A stretch of 64,000 nt of DNA from Acetatifactor sp. (GCA_045537405.1 JAZSPK010000030.1:3181-67180), one strand, 5' to 3'. Shown: positions 1 to 10,703, counted from the first letter of the stretch. Notes: generated by a model not told the origin, from the sequence alone. Program-made: numbers and translations.

Positions 1-436
1 CCCGAAGCTCCTTGCCGGCATCAGCGGCATACAGGGGACAAAATACATACGTCAGGGTACTAGTCTTGCCAAAGGGCTGGGTATCCAGCGTAGAGTACTC
101 CTTGCGAAGCTCCCCGCCCACATAAATCTTCAGCTCCTGCTGCATGCTTCGAAAACAAAGACTGGTATCCTCACAATCGCCCGAAAGAGTGGTCACAATA
201 GTCACCCACTCGCCCTGCTTGGTTTCGCAGGTTCCGGGCACCGTTATGGTCACCTTCTTGCCATCCGGCAACACCTGCATCCAGTCTGCGCTGAAAATAC
301 CATACGTTCCGCCATCCGCCGTATTTTCAGGCGGCCAAAATACTTCTCCCCATAGGAAGAAGAGAAACGCACTTATCACCAGCATACCCAATATACGCTG
401 TACAATTTTCATCTCAGGTTTTTTAAATTTCTCCAC
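1..436 (-). CDS. Partial membrane-anchored sensor protein (N-terminus of a GGDEF or histidine-kinase-type protein), runs off window edge
   Basis: Hand translation from GTG at 436 (RBS AGGAG) or ATG at 412: MKIVQRILGMLVISAFLFFLWGEVFWPPE...FRSMQQELKIYVGGELRKEYST. N-terminal TM helix then an extracellular domain; open to base 1. Confidence 0.6.
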   Translation of the reverse strand, partial: MEKFKKPEMKIVQRILGMLVISAFLFFLWGEVFWPPENTADGGTYGIFSADWMQVLPDGKKVTITVPGTCETKQGEWVTIVTTLSGDCEDTSLCFRSMQQELKIYVGGELRKEYSTLDTQPFGKTSTLTYVFCPLYAADAGKELR

Positions 437-499
437 GATTTTTCTCCTGCAACACTTTCCACTTCTGATACCTTACCATGGCCAGCTTTAAATCCACTC

Positions 500-2098
500 T
501 TAATTCCACGGTATCTTACACAACTCACTCAGCACTCTTATGTAATGATAATAACTCTTCCTTCTGATTCCGAAACCGCCTTCCACATGCATATCCTCTG
601 CATCGCAGGGCAGACAGAAAGAAAAGCAGGAAATACCTCTCTCATCGTATTCATAGGTTTCATCATCCAATGCTTCTTCTATTTGCCCGTCAACATAACA
701 AAGATTTTCCGGGGGCAACATACTGATAATTCTTTTGGTAGATATATAAGACGCAGGATTCTCACTCTTCTGCGCTTTATCCGCAGGAATAAATTTCCAT
801 TTCAAACCGGTTTCCTGTATATATTGGATAATACTATCCATCCACCTTTTATCTCTCTTGTAGATAAAATCATTTTCAACGGTAAACTGCGTTTTTTCTC
901 CAAAGCCACTATACGTATTATCCAACACTATGACATTAAATTTCTTCTTTTGCGCTTTTAAATATTTGCAAACCCCATAAGCCCCCATCATATCAAGCTT
1001 ATCATTCGCATCCAATCCTTCCTCACGTCTGAACTTACTCAAGTATCTACTTGTTTTCTTGTATTTTAAACCTAATTTTTCCAATACATCCTTGGTGTCC
1101 CCTTCGGCTTCTTCATCACCGGTAAAGGCAAATACCACATTTTCAGGAAGGTCAAAATATTTCATCAAATAAACGCTTGCCGCATTTGCTATGGCATTAT
1201 CAAAGATCCCTACCATTCTTTTAGGGTGCTTTTTACTTTTCTTTTGAAATACCGCATTTAACTGCAAACAATCCGCATGACCGGAAATAACCAATAACTT
1301 CCCGGGGATTTCTTCAATCGGCTTTTGAGAATAGAGTCTGAATATGCCTCCATCCACCCTATTGCAATACTTCGTTTCCCGCAATTCCTCTTCAATGTTT
1401 TCTAATCTGTCAAAGGTCACGAATTTCACACCGTCACTATGACTTGGCACCGACATCCTTTCGGCTAAATATAAAGCCTTCTCTTTATCCATAAATACTT
1501 TTGAGACCATATTTTTCTTCCTCTCTGTACTGCTTTCTTCCCACATCTGTGCGGTCATATAATTGGTATGCCCGATTCGCACCTCCTTCATCAGAGGTAC
1601 CTCCACCTCATCACAGCTGTGGTGATAGTTAAATCCCAGCTTCTCCTGCACTCGTTTGGACTTCTGATTGCCCTCATAATAACCGCACCAAATGGTACTC
1701 ATACCCAAATCCTCAAAACCATGTCGAAGGAGCTCCTGTGCCGCTTCCGGCATATAACCTCTGCCCCAGAAGGGCTTGCCCAGCCAGTATCCCAGCTCAC
1801 ATTCATCGTCACGCTCGGTCATGTCTGTGTGACCATTTAACTTCAGAGAAATGGAACCGATGGGGGTATCAATAGCTCCAGATGGATTGGTAGCCGCCTC
1901 GTCCGCGTTCAAGCAGATGGCATAAGTCTCCGACACGCTAAATACATTGCGAATCACATATAAGCTCTCCTCCACACTCTTGTGGGCGGGCCAGCCTGCA
2001 CTCGGTCCAACCTCCGGATCCTTGGCATATTCAAATAAACTCTCTGCGTCCTCTTCTCGCCAAGGGCGAAGCGTCAGACGTGCTGTATGTAAAATCAT
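500..2098 (-). CDS. RimJ/RimL GNAT acetyltransferase fused to an M28/M20-like Zn-exopeptidase domain
   Basis: N-half RLTLRPW, ELGYWLGKPFWGRGY, N.KS.RV.EKLGF; C-half SGHAD, FDNA, FTGDEE, DMH. Confidence 0.75.
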   Translation of the reverse strand: MILHTARLTLRPWREEDAESLFEYAKDPEVGPSAGWPAHKSVEESLYVIRNVFSVSETYAICLNADEAATNPSGAIDTPIGSISLKLNGHTDMTERDDECELGYWLGKPFWGRGYMPEAAQELLRHGFEDLGMSTIWCGYYEGNQKSKRVQEKLGFNYHHSCDEVEVPLMKEVRIGHTNYMTAQMWEESSTERKKNMVSKVFMDKEKALYLAERMSVPSHSDGVKFVTFDRLENIEEELRETKYCNRVDGGIFRLYSQKPIEEIPGKLLVISGHADCLQLNAVFQKKSKKHPKRMVGIFDNAIANAASVYLMKYFDLPENVVFAFTGDEEAEGDTKDVLEKLGLKYKKTSRYLSKFRREEGLDANDKLDMMGAYGVCKYLKAQKKKFNVIVLDNTYSGFGEKTQFTVENDFIYKRDKRWMDSIIQYIQETGLKWKFIPADKAQKSENPASYISTKRIISMLPPENLCYVDGQIEEALDDETYEYDERGISCFSFCLPCDAEDMHVEGGFGIRRKSYYHYIRVLSELCKIPWN

Positions 2099-2115
2099 GG
2101 GTGCTCCCTATTCTC

Positions 2116-3093
2116 CTATTTCTCTCTCCACTTCTCATACCAGCCATGCATCATCAAATACGCCGCCATGGATTCTGCCGAAGTCCCTACCTGCAAAAAA
2201 TCCGGACAACCGCAAACCTCCCGGATGAGACCGATTTCGTCCACATATTCCTCCATGGTAATCCGCACTCGCTCTGCATACACGGCGTACTCCTTCGGTA
2301 GCCACTCACCTACCATGCCCCGATAGACAAAGGTGGCCATCATCATAGCTGCCGTTCCTTCCACAAAGGAATCCGACTCATCCAAAATATCATGAAAGCG
2401 TCCATCTGCAAGCTGATATTTTAACATAGCATCCAGTAACTTCTTTCCGCACTCTATCAGTTTCTCGGCTGCTTCCGTTTGCACTTTGACAAGTGCGGTC
2501 TCGACCACTCTCGCAATGCCTAAAAGGGCCCAACCGTTGCCGGTAGCCCACAACTTCTTTCGTACGAAATGCCCCGTCTCCGCATCATAAATATGGTATA
2601 ACAACCCGCTTTCCGGGTCCTGCAAATACGCCATATAACCTTCTATCTGTGCAACCGCTTCCTTAAGTTCACCCATCACTGCCAGAAAAGGCGGTGCCAT
2701 GTAGATGGAATCCACCCAAACCTGCTGTGCTGAATATCCCTCATGAAAGCTTATCTGATTATGACAGATACAATTATTATCGGTTCTCGGTGCCTGATAC
2801 AACAAATAGTCGAGCATCCTTTTCGCCGCCTCTGCATACCTGACATCACCGGTTCTTTCATAAGCTCGCCACACCACTTCCCCATTAGCTGCCGGGTCCG
2901 TAACGGCAATATTCTCATTAATCACCGCCAACCGGCCATCTTCCTTCTGGCGAAGCACTGCATCATGAGCCATAGCCAGGGCAGTAGTCACATCACCAAG
3001 TTCCCACAAAGCTTGGGCGCACACTCCCTGCTCCCAAGGATAGCGCTGCACCGCCAACATAGCGTGTTTTACTAACTGTATTTTTTCGGACAT
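2116..3093 (-). CDS. Glycoside hydrolase family 88/105 protein
   Basis: WVDSIYMAPPFL and WATGNGW motifs; ATG at 3093 preceded by AGGAG. Confidence 0.85.
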   Translation of the reverse strand: MSEKIQLVKHAMLAVQRYPWEQGVCAQALWELGDVTTALAMAHDAVLRQKEDGRLAVINENIAVTDPAANGEVVWRAYERTGDVRYAEAAKRMLDYLLYQAPRTDNNCICHNQISFHEGYSAQQVWVDSIYMAPPFLAVMGELKEAVAQIEGYMAYLQDPESGLLYHIYDAETGHFVRKKLWATGNGWALLGIARVVETALVKVQTEAAEKLIECGKKLLDAMLKYQLADGRFHDILDESDSFVEGTAAMMMATFVYRGMVGEWLPKEYAVYAERVRITMEEYVDEIGLIREVCGCPDFLQVGTSAESMAAYLMMHGWYEKWREK

Positions 3094-3124
3094 ATTGTTC
3101 TCCTTTTCGTGCCGTGGCACTACT

Positions 3125-3391
3125 CTAAATCCACTCGTAATCTCCGCCGGTAATGGCCAAGCTAAGCAAAGTATCCATCATCTCTACTTCCTCATCCCGC
3201 ACTACCTTGATTAACTTCGCCGCCTCCGGTGCCTGCGGCATCTCCTCGTCCGGCCCAATCTCCATATCCACTTCCTCGCCGCAATAGGGGCAAATCAGAC
3301 TTGGCGCCACTGCTACCGACAAAAAACGCATGCCGCAATCCTCACACTCATAATATCCACAAAGCTTTGTTCCATCGGGTACAAAATACAT
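3125..3391 (-). CDS. Small zinc-ribbon hypothetical protein
   Basis: CEDC...CPYC; RBS AGGAGG. Confidence 0.7.
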   Translation of the reverse strand: MYFVPDGTKLCGYYECEDCGMRFLSVAVAPSLICPYCGEEVDMEIGPDEEMPQAPEAAKLIKVVRDEEVEMMDTLLSLAITGGDYEWI

Positions 3392-3404
3392 GGGGGGACC
3401 TCCT

Positions 3405-3809
3405 TTAAACCAGTTCCTCTTTTATCTTCTCAATCAATGTAATATCCGCCGGTAACCACTCCACAGAATCTAATTCTTCCTTAGTCAGCCATTTTGCTGC
3501 CTCATGCTCTTTAAGAACCAAATCACCTTTTAAAATCTCTGCCCAGAAGCAGTCCATGGAAAGATGGAACGTAGGATAATCATACTCAATCGTATCAATT
3601 AATTTCCCTACACGAATCCTAGTATCCAGTTCTTCCTTTATTTCCCTACGCAAAGCTTGTTTCGGAGTTTCTCCCTCCTCAATCTTTCCGCCCGGAAATT
3701 CCCAGCCACCTTTAAAATCACCATAACCTCGCTGAGTGGCAAAGATAATTGGTTCTCCGGCTTCATTGACTGCTTTAATAATCGCTGCTACTACTCGTAT
3801 TGTTTTCAT
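3405..3809 (-). CDS. mutT: NUDIX (MutT-like) dNTP pyrophosphohydrolase
   Basis: Nudix box GGKIEEGETPKQALRREIKEEL; start MKTIRVV at 3809 with RBS GAGG. Confidence 0.9.
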   Translation of the reverse strand: MKTIRVVAAIIKAVNEAGEPIIFATQRGYGDFKGGWEFPGGKIEEGETPKQALRREIKEELDTRIRVGKLIDTIEYDYPTFHLSMDCFWAEILKGDLVLKEHEAAKWLTKEELDSVEWLPADITLIEKIKEELV

Positions 3810-3819
3810 GTTGTACCTC

Positions 3820-6810
3820 TTATCCATTAGTAATATATTCGTATAAATCTTCACGTACCGGAACATCTAATAACCACTCAATTTCAACAGCAGTCTTGTC
3901 TGTATTCGGCATAATAAATTCTCTTACTTTACCACTTGCTTGCATATGTCCCAAATAATAAAATTCTTTGGAAATCTTATCGTCCTTGTTTTTACGCACA
4001 AATAAATGAACCTGTATTCCTCTTTCCGTAGCATGTAAAAAGTTCTGCACATCCTCAGACGCAATACTTCTTCCCGATTTTGATATTGCAATTAAACTAC
4101 TACTACTTGTAAAGTGGTCTTCGTATTTAGTCGTATCACTAATATCCTCTGACTTATCATAATTGATAAATACAGGAAAAGTCTTGGTCTTTTTATCATA
4201 CTTATATCCACCGATATTTAGTGGCACTTCATTAGTTTCCCAATTAAGTAATCGACAGACATCTTCATAGGTATATTTCTGATATAACACAAAATCCGTT
4301 CCCTTATATGTGTCAGAAAAGTCCCGTTCATAGCGACTGATACCAAATTCAATGAGTTCTTTCATGATTTCATAAAAATCTCTATTAGCTAGCATCTTCT
4401 CAAATGATTTTGAAACATGATAATCTGCTCCGCCATCTTTCTCAATAAAAATACACTCCGCATACGTATTCTTACTTGCACCAGCAGGAAATTCATTTGT
4501 CATAATATTAACTATATTATCCTGCTGAATAGGACTTAATTGAATTCCAAAATAATCACCTAACTCTTCTTTTAAACCAGTAAACAAATTCATTCTGTGT
4601 CCATATGCCAGCACTCTATTTAGTAATCGTAACTCCTGAACACGCTTACCACTAGCAAGCTTCTTAGACACAAATTCAATCACTTTTTCCTCTTCCGGCG
4701 TTAATCTTACTTTATATTCCTTTTCATATTTTACGAGGAATTTATAATAACTTCCCAAGCTATTATTATCAAAAATACGCAGAACATCCATCTCACCATA
4801 ATCATCAAAATCTTTTAATCTTGGAATCCTGCCAAGCTTGTTTTTAAGATTGGTGTAGTTCTCTTTAATAAGCTTTATGTCACTGAAATTAGCATTATCC
4901 ACAGCGGCAAAAATACGTTTTTTACTAATTTCATCAAAATGAATTGTACTTGCACCCGGAATTACTCTCCCGCCTTCCATCAAGTATCTTCTGATATTAT
5001 CCTTGTTGTAGCTACGATCTCCCGAAAGCGCAATCGGAATCATAAAGTTATTCTTGTAATTACCAATAAAATCAAGAATTACAACATATTCTTTCTCAGA
5101 TGCTTTTCTTAGTCCACGTCCTAACTGCTGAATAAAAACAATTGGCGACTGTGTGGGACGAAGCATAATAACTTGATTCACTTCCACAATATCTGTACCT
5201 TCTGAAAAGATATCCACCGTAATAATGTAATCCAAATAATTATCTGTCTCTGATTGCACATCCATTGTCAGACGTTCTATAGATTCAGCTCTTGTTTCCT
5301 CAGAATCAGCGCCACTTAATGCAATAGTTCTTAATCCTTGTTCATTAAATTTTCTGGATAGTTCTTTCGCTTCATCTATTCTGCTACAAAAAATCAAACC
5401 TTTTACACGTTCCCCGGAACATCCAAAGTATGCCGCCTGCTCCATAACATATCTCACACGATCATCGCTAGTCAAATATCTGAAATTCTCAAGCTGCTCT
5501 TCTCTGGAATTTCCTTCGTCAGAAACAAGCGTCAGATCAGTAATTCCAAAGTAATGGAACGGACACAATAAGTCTTCCTCCATTGCTTGTTGCAAGCGAA
5601 TCTCATAGGCAATATTATGGTCAAAGATTTCATAGATATTACGTCCCTCTATATTATCATCACGTTTGTCCGGTGTAGCTGTCATTCCCAATGTAAAATC
5701 TGGGGTAAAATAATCCATTACTCTTTTGTAACTACCCGCACTGGTATGATGCGCCTCGTCATAGATACATGCATCAAAATAATCTCTTGGAAATCTTTCT
5801 AAATTTTCCAGCTTACTCAATGTCTGCACCGTCGCAAACACAAAATCTGCTTCATAGTCATGCTTGGTTCCCGAAACCAAACCAGTCTTAATACTACTAC
5901 CAAAAACTCTCTCAAAAGAGTTCTTCGCCTGCTTTGCAATCTGATTTCTATGTACTAGAAACAGAACTCGTTTAAATCCGAGCTCTCTCATGGCAAAGGC
6001 AGCTGCATAGGTTTTTCCTGTACCCGTAGCAGAAATCAATAACGCCTTATCTACACCTTTGTTCCTTAGTTCTAATAGATTATAAATGAACGCTCTTTGC
6101 ATTGAGTTGGGGCGTAATGTATATGCTTCTACAGAGGGAACAACCTCACTCTTCGCAATGCGCTTCTGTTCTGCAACCATTTTATTAAACAGCTGCTCTT
6201 TTTCGTATTTTCTTCTGTATTCTTCGATAAATTCCTCATAAGGCTTCGTACACTCTGTCGCATTCCAAAGCTTTTCAAATTCCGACAAAACAGAGTCTAC
6301 CATTTCATCTTTATCAACAGACACGAACCTTGTATTCCACTCCATATTTCGTGTCAACGCATCCTGTGTCAAATTAGAGCTGCCAATGATGAACCGATAT
6401 TCTTCATTTTTTTGAAATATATAACCCTTAGTATGAAATCCATTCCCCGCGCGTTCCGTTTGGTACATGCGCAACTCAATATTGGAAAGTTTTGCCAATG
6501 TATCTAATGCTACAGGATCACTAAATCTAAGATAGTCCGTAGTCAAAATTCTGCCCGGTATACCTTTACGTTCCAATTCTTTCAACGTCTGTAAAAGCGG
6601 CGTAATACCACCTCTTGTGATAAATGCCACGCTAATTGCAAAACTATCACATCTAAGCAATTCATCTTCAATGGCAAAGAACACCTTCTGACCGTTTTTA
6701 CTATCGTTATAAATAAACTGCGGTCTATATGCTAAATTGGAGTTAATCGCACTGTTAATAAATGCTGTATTAAAACCGCTTTGAAATTCAGTTGTCTTTT
6801 GTTCGGTCAT
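3820..6810 (-). CDS. SauUSI-like type IV restriction enzyme: PLD nuclease + SF2 helicase + DUF3427
   Basis: HTKGY...GSSNLT (PLD), ATGTGKT, DEAHH, TATP, QQLGRGLR, C-terminal YEDHF/LFVRK region; adjacent NUDIX gene. Confidence 0.85.
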   Translation of the reverse strand: MTEQKTTEFQSGFNTAFINSAINSNLAYRPQFIYNDSKNGQKVFFAIEDELLRCDSFAISVAFITRGGITPLLQTLKELERKGIPGRILTTDYLRFSDPVALDTLAKLSNIELRMYQTERAGNGFHTKGYIFQKNEEYRFIIGSSNLTQDALTRNMEWNTRFVSVDKDEMVDSVLSEFEKLWNATECTKPYEEFIEEYRRKYEKEQLFNKMVAEQKRIAKSEVVPSVEAYTLRPNSMQRAFIYNLLELRNKGVDKALLISATGTGKTYAAAFAMRELGFKRVLFLVHRNQIAKQAKNSFERVFGSSIKTGLVSGTKHDYEADFVFATVQTLSKLENLERFPRDYFDACIYDEAHHTSAGSYKRVMDYFTPDFTLGMTATPDKRDDNIEGRNIYEIFDHNIAYEIRLQQAMEEDLLCPFHYFGITDLTLVSDEGNSREEQLENFRYLTSDDRVRYVMEQAAYFGCSGERVKGLIFCSRIDEAKELSRKFNEQGLRTIALSGADSEETRAESIERLTMDVQSETDNYLDYIITVDIFSEGTDIVEVNQVIMLRPTQSPIVFIQQLGRGLRKASEKEYVVILDFIGNYKNNFMIPIALSGDRSYNKDNIRRYLMEGGRVIPGASTIHFDEISKKRIFAAVDNANFSDIKLIKENYTNLKNKLGRIPRLKDFDDYGEMDVLRIFDNNSLGSYYKFLVKYEKEYKVRLTPEEEKVIEFVSKKLASGKRVQELRLLNRVLAYGHRMNLFTGLKEELGDYFGIQLSPIQQDNIVNIMTNEFPAGASKNTYAECIFIEKDGGADYHVSKSFEKMLANRDFYEIMKELIEFGISRYERDFSDTYKGTDFVLYQKYTYEDVCRLLNWETNEVPLNIGGYKYDKKTKTFPVFINYDKSEDISDTTKYEDHFTSSSSLIAISKSGRSIASEDVQNFLHATERGIQVHLFVRKNKDDKISKEFYYLGHMQASGKVREFIMPNTDKTAVEIEWLLDVPVREDLYEYITNG

Positions 6811-6836
6811 TTAAAGTACCTCTTTTCATTCACCTT

Positions 6837-7553
6837 TTACATACAATGGGGGCATTTTCGAATTGCCACATCACAACCATTAGCCTCATACTCAAATCCA
6901 CATTCATTACAATGCAGCAAATAAGCCATTTGATTATAATGATTACCTGGTTTGTTCAAACAGCCATAATTCTCTTGATTATTTCGATTGATATAACCTT
7001 CTACTAATGTTTTTCCAATTTTCCTCTTTGCTTTTCCAATTTCCGTCGCCACTTCCTTTTTTTCCGAAATACCTTTTGCATATTTCTTCATTGAAACAAC
7101 CGATGTAATACGTTCTTCCTCAAGAATTGTCTTGTCTAGCTCAAGCAACTTGTTAACGCGAATTGTATAAAAGTTCATGCTAGGAACATAACTTCTATAT
7201 TGCCAAGCCAATGCGCCCGGACCATTATATATTTCTTGAATGGTTCCCGTTTCTTTATCCAAATACTCTACTAGCAAGTACTCTGGCTTCTCTCGTATAA
7301 CAATCGAATCTTTACCCTGCGTTCCTTTAATCTGAACTTTTTTACCGTTCACTTCACCGTCATGAGTCTTCTCGGATTGCTTATACAAAGTAATTCCATA
7401 TGCTTGCGCAGTTAATACTTCTACTATATTTCCTATAAGGATTCCATCTAGTTTAAACGACTTTTCTGGAAATACCTCTTCTATCTCGGAAGTGATTTTA
7501 TTTAGTTCTTTAATCTTTTCTGATAAGAATGTTATTTTCTCTTGCTCTGTCAT
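6837..7553 (-). CDS. DUF6998-like putative PD-(D/E)xK nuclease with C-terminal zinc ribbon
   Basis: LDG.L.G...E, HDG...VQIK.TQ; CNEC...CPHC. Confidence 0.6.
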   Translation of the reverse strand: MTEQEKITFLSEKIKELNKITSEIEEVFPEKSFKLDGILIGNIVEVLTAQAYGITLYKQSEKTHDGEVNGKKVQIKGTQGKDSIVIREKPEYLLVEYLDKETGTIQEIYNGPGALAWQYRSYVPSMNFYTIRVNKLLELDKTILEEERITSVVSMKKYAKGISEKKEVATEIGKAKRKIGKTLVEGYINRNNQENYGCLNKPGNHYNQMAYLLHCNECGFEYEANGCDVAIRKCPHCM

Positions 7554-7709
7554 TTGTCTCTATTTCCAATCCTTGAATACTTTAAATATGCTCTAATATG
7601 ATATCTTGCAGAGCAAACCTTTCCATTTTTATTTTACATACATTTTTTGTCTACGTAAAGCATTTATATAATAAAACTGCTACTTATATTGTCGTATAGT
7701 AGCTTACTC

Positions 7710-7753
7710 AAAAAAGGCACTGATGCAAAAAAATATCTGCAATTCAGTGCCTT
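7710..7753 (-). terminator. Rho-independent terminator
   Basis: AAGGCACTGA/TCAGTGCCTT inverted repeat with a U-tract on the minus strand. Confidence 0.6.
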
Positions 7754-8021
7754 ATTGACGAGCCATCCTAGCACATGCCATCCTGCCGCAAGCATACTTA
7801 TCTGTACTCTTTTAATATTTCTATGTCCTCTTCAGCTGTCATCATACATAATCTCTCATAATTTTCCTTCATAACTTTCACAGGTGCCAACTTATAGATA
7901 TCCTTACTTGATTCATACGTATGATAATGCCAATAGCGATATTCGTAACTAATCCACTATATACACTCCGGAGAATATACCTTATCATTCTTTTTAAATG
8001 TATCTCAAACCATTTTATACA

Positions 8022-9926
8022 TCACTTTAACAAAAATTCTTCATTAATTTTTCCTATGATAACAATCATAATCTTTAACAAATCCATATAATCCTGCATC
8101 TGTACATCTTCTTCCATCGGATATGTACTATGAATGTATTTATTTCTCAAGTCCTTTCCGTTACTGTATTCCGACCGGTTCAACATATAATTTAAATAAT
8201 TGGTCTCCGGAACAGAGAATAATGTACTTTCCATTCTTATATGATTTGAGTCTTTCATTTCAGTTAATATAGTTTTATACTTTCCATAATACTGAACACA
8301 TACAACATCATGCTTATACATATCCGCTAATATTGTGATATATTCTCTGTTCAATCTCAGTACATCATTATCATCCACATACACAACGTTCTTTTCTATC
8401 AACCAATCGATTGATGGTAATTGATGCTCAAAAAAGTCTGAACGCTTCATCTCTTCTGACATGATAAGCAAGCAGAACGAATTATATGTGCTTTCTGTTT
8501 TCTCTGTGTATGCAATGGTTGATTGATCAGAGAACAGCAAATGCATTTGGTTATGCATATCCGCACTTTCTGCATAAGCATACTTATCCTCCAAAAAACT
8601 TGGAACAGCACTCAAAACAATATGTTCTGATGACATTTCCAACAGCTCTCTGTCTATTTGACCATCCTCAACATATATTCGATACTGTTTCAAAATACCA
8701 TCCATTTCAGACGAAATACTTCTACACTTATCTAGCCAACTTGCATCATTCTTAGGTGGATTATAAACAAATCCGTCCGCACCAAATTCTTCTTTTAAAT
8801 ACTCTTCAAAAAACCATTTTATTACTAATTCGAGGCTGATGTTGTTTTTTTGTAAAAAGTTGTAATATGCATTCATTTGAAGAGTACTTGTCATATTACA
8901 CATATTAAAGGATGTTCCCCTAATATATTCTCTCTTTCCTTTCATACCTATATGTTTTTCAAACACACCCATTTGGGACTCTACCGCAACAAAGGTGCAA
9001 CGCCAAAACATATCAAAATACTCAAACAAGAATTTAAAGTTATTTAAAATAGTAGGATAATCTAGATTTTCCTCCAACCATTTAATATCATATGTATATT
9101 TTATCGTATATCCATCTTTTTCATAAGACACTGCATCCGATACATCTCCAAAAGAAAGTTCTACTCCATAACCTATGCCGGTACCACTCCCCTGATTATT
9201 CTCCCAATACTTGTGATATGCCTTTTTAGCAGATAATTTAAGCTTATCGCTAATTGGACATTCTTTTGTGCTATTATAAATCATTATTAAATGCAAATAA
9301 TTAGGATTCGGATTTTCACTTTCAACATATTTCTTTAAGATTTCTTCATACTCACTTGGTAATAACTCCTTCGGAAAATAATATCGTATTTTCTCGCCTG
9401 CTTCCCCAAAATTATGTGCAATCAATTCCGCTGTCTGTTCCGAAACTCTTAAAACATCCGATAACTCTTGACCAAAGAAATCCACAATTCGTTTATGTTT
9501 TAATATTACCCATAATGTCGGATTACTCTCTTCCAAGAAGCGTTTAAATGTGTCTTTACTAATTCTTTCATAAACCTTAAACTTTTCTATCAACATCCAA
9601 AAGTCTTCCAAATACGAAATACATACACTCTTTTCAATTTGCATAAAGCTATCATTTCTAATTCCGGAAAAGAATTTTGCACATAACTTCATCAGCAATG
9701 GAGACTTAGCTTTGTATCCATTGTATGTATTTTCGTCCCATTTTCTTAGGCATACTCCTGTGTCTAGCAATTGTGCAATATTAAACAATTCAATAGCCTC
9801 ATCTACATTTTCCACCTTACTATCGGAAGAAATAATTTGTAGTTTTTCCTCTGAATTCTCTAATTCCCATCCTATGCTCATATCATTTTTCCCATAATAC
9901 TTAATTCCTTCATAATCTGGTCGCAA
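8022..9926 (-). CDS. Hypothetical protein with C-terminal RxxxxH (HEPN-like) motif
   Basis: 634-aa AT-rich ORF; LRNKYIH near the helical C-terminus; defence-island context. Confidence 0.6.
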   Translation of the reverse strand: MRPDYEGIKYYGKNDMSIGWELENSEEKLQIISSDSKVENVDEAIELFNIAQLLDTGVCLRKWDENTYNGYKAKSPLLMKLCAKFFSGIRNDSFMQIEKSVCISYLEDFWMLIEKFKVYERISKDTFKRFLEESNPTLWVILKHKRIVDFFGQELSDVLRVSEQTAELIAHNFGEAGEKIRYYFPKELLPSEYEEILKKYVESENPNPNYLHLIMIYNSTKECPISDKLKLSAKKAYHKYWENNQGSGTGIGYGVELSFGDVSDAVSYEKDGYTIKYTYDIKWLEENLDYPTILNNFKFLFEYFDMFWRCTFVAVESQMGVFEKHIGMKGKREYIRGTSFNMCNMTSTLQMNAYYNFLQKNNISLELVIKWFFEEYLKEEFGADGFVYNPPKNDASWLDKCRSISSEMDGILKQYRIYVEDGQIDRELLEMSSEHIVLSAVPSFLEDKYAYAESADMHNQMHLLFSDQSTIAYTEKTESTYNSFCLLIMSEEMKRSDFFEHQLPSIDWLIEKNVVYVDDNDVLRLNREYITILADMYKHDVVCVQYYGKYKTILTEMKDSNHIRMESTLFSVPETNYLNYMLNRSEYSNGKDLRNKYIHSTYPMEEDVQMQDYMDLLKIMIVIIGKINEEFLLK

Positions 9927-10225
9927 ATCATATCACCTCTTCTTCGTTTACCTTTAATCTTATTAAATAAAACAACGCATATGCTCTATTATATAGATAC
10001 TCTATAAACTGTGAATCATTTAAGGCTTCTCTCTTCTCCTTTGTAGCATTAAGACAATCGTTATGTCAAAATATTCATTGGATAATTTAATAAGCTCATT
10101 AAGTTCCTGTTTAATCACTGTATAAGCTTTATTATCCTTGTCAGTATTAATGCTACAAGCTAGCGTCGCATCCTTTCAGAATTCCTCCCGGAAGGTCAAA
10201 TATCTATTTCCTAGTTTTACTTCAG

Positions 10226-10262
10226 AAAAAGAGGCATGTCTTTTGAATGACATACCTCCTTT
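10226..10262 (-). terminator. Terminator after rnlB
   Basis: GAGGCATGTC/GACATACCTC hairpin flanked by A and T tracts. Confidence 0.6.
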
Positions 10263-10266
10263 TATT

Positions 10267-10635
10267 CTACAAAGAATATCCATTCTTAAGTAACGACAAC
10301 TGCGTGTTACTTAACATTGTGACTTTACCCTCTCGAACTCTTTTCAATAAATAATTCGAACACATTTTTCTAATAGGGTCATTCGATTCAATCTCTATAT
10401 ATTGAAAAGAATTATTAACAAATCCGTTATCATATCGAACTTTTGCATATCTCTCTTTTGTATTTCCTGCCGAAATAATAAAATCAAAAATAATACTTCC
10501 TGAATGGATTTGTTCCTGTTCCAATTGAGAAATCAATGCTTCAATATTATCCAAAGGATTTGTTGCGGCAATAGGAATCACAATACATTCATAGTTACTA
10601 CAATTATCTTTAATGATTTCATATACACTACTCAT
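10267..10635 (-). CDS. rnlB: RnlB-family antitoxin
   Basis: 122 aa; IIFDFIISAGNTKERY resembles the RnlB core; directly downstream of an RnlA-like gene. Confidence 0.75.
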   Translation of the reverse strand: MSSVYEIIKDNCSNYECIVIPIAATNPLDNIEALISQLEQEQIHSGSIIFDFIISAGNTKERYAKVRYDNGFVNNSFQYIEIESNDPIRKMCSNYLLKRVREGKVTMLSNTQLSLLKNGYSL

Positions 10636-10703
10636 AATATGTTCCTCCTTTTCTCACTTGTTTCAGCAGTAATTATTCATTATATATTTAATATATTCTC
10701 TTG

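Noticed and set aside
7560-8020. Possible small genes in AT-rich spacers (also 9960-10200)
   Set aside because: Only short stop-interrupted frames without clear starts; may be gene remnants but cannot be supported.
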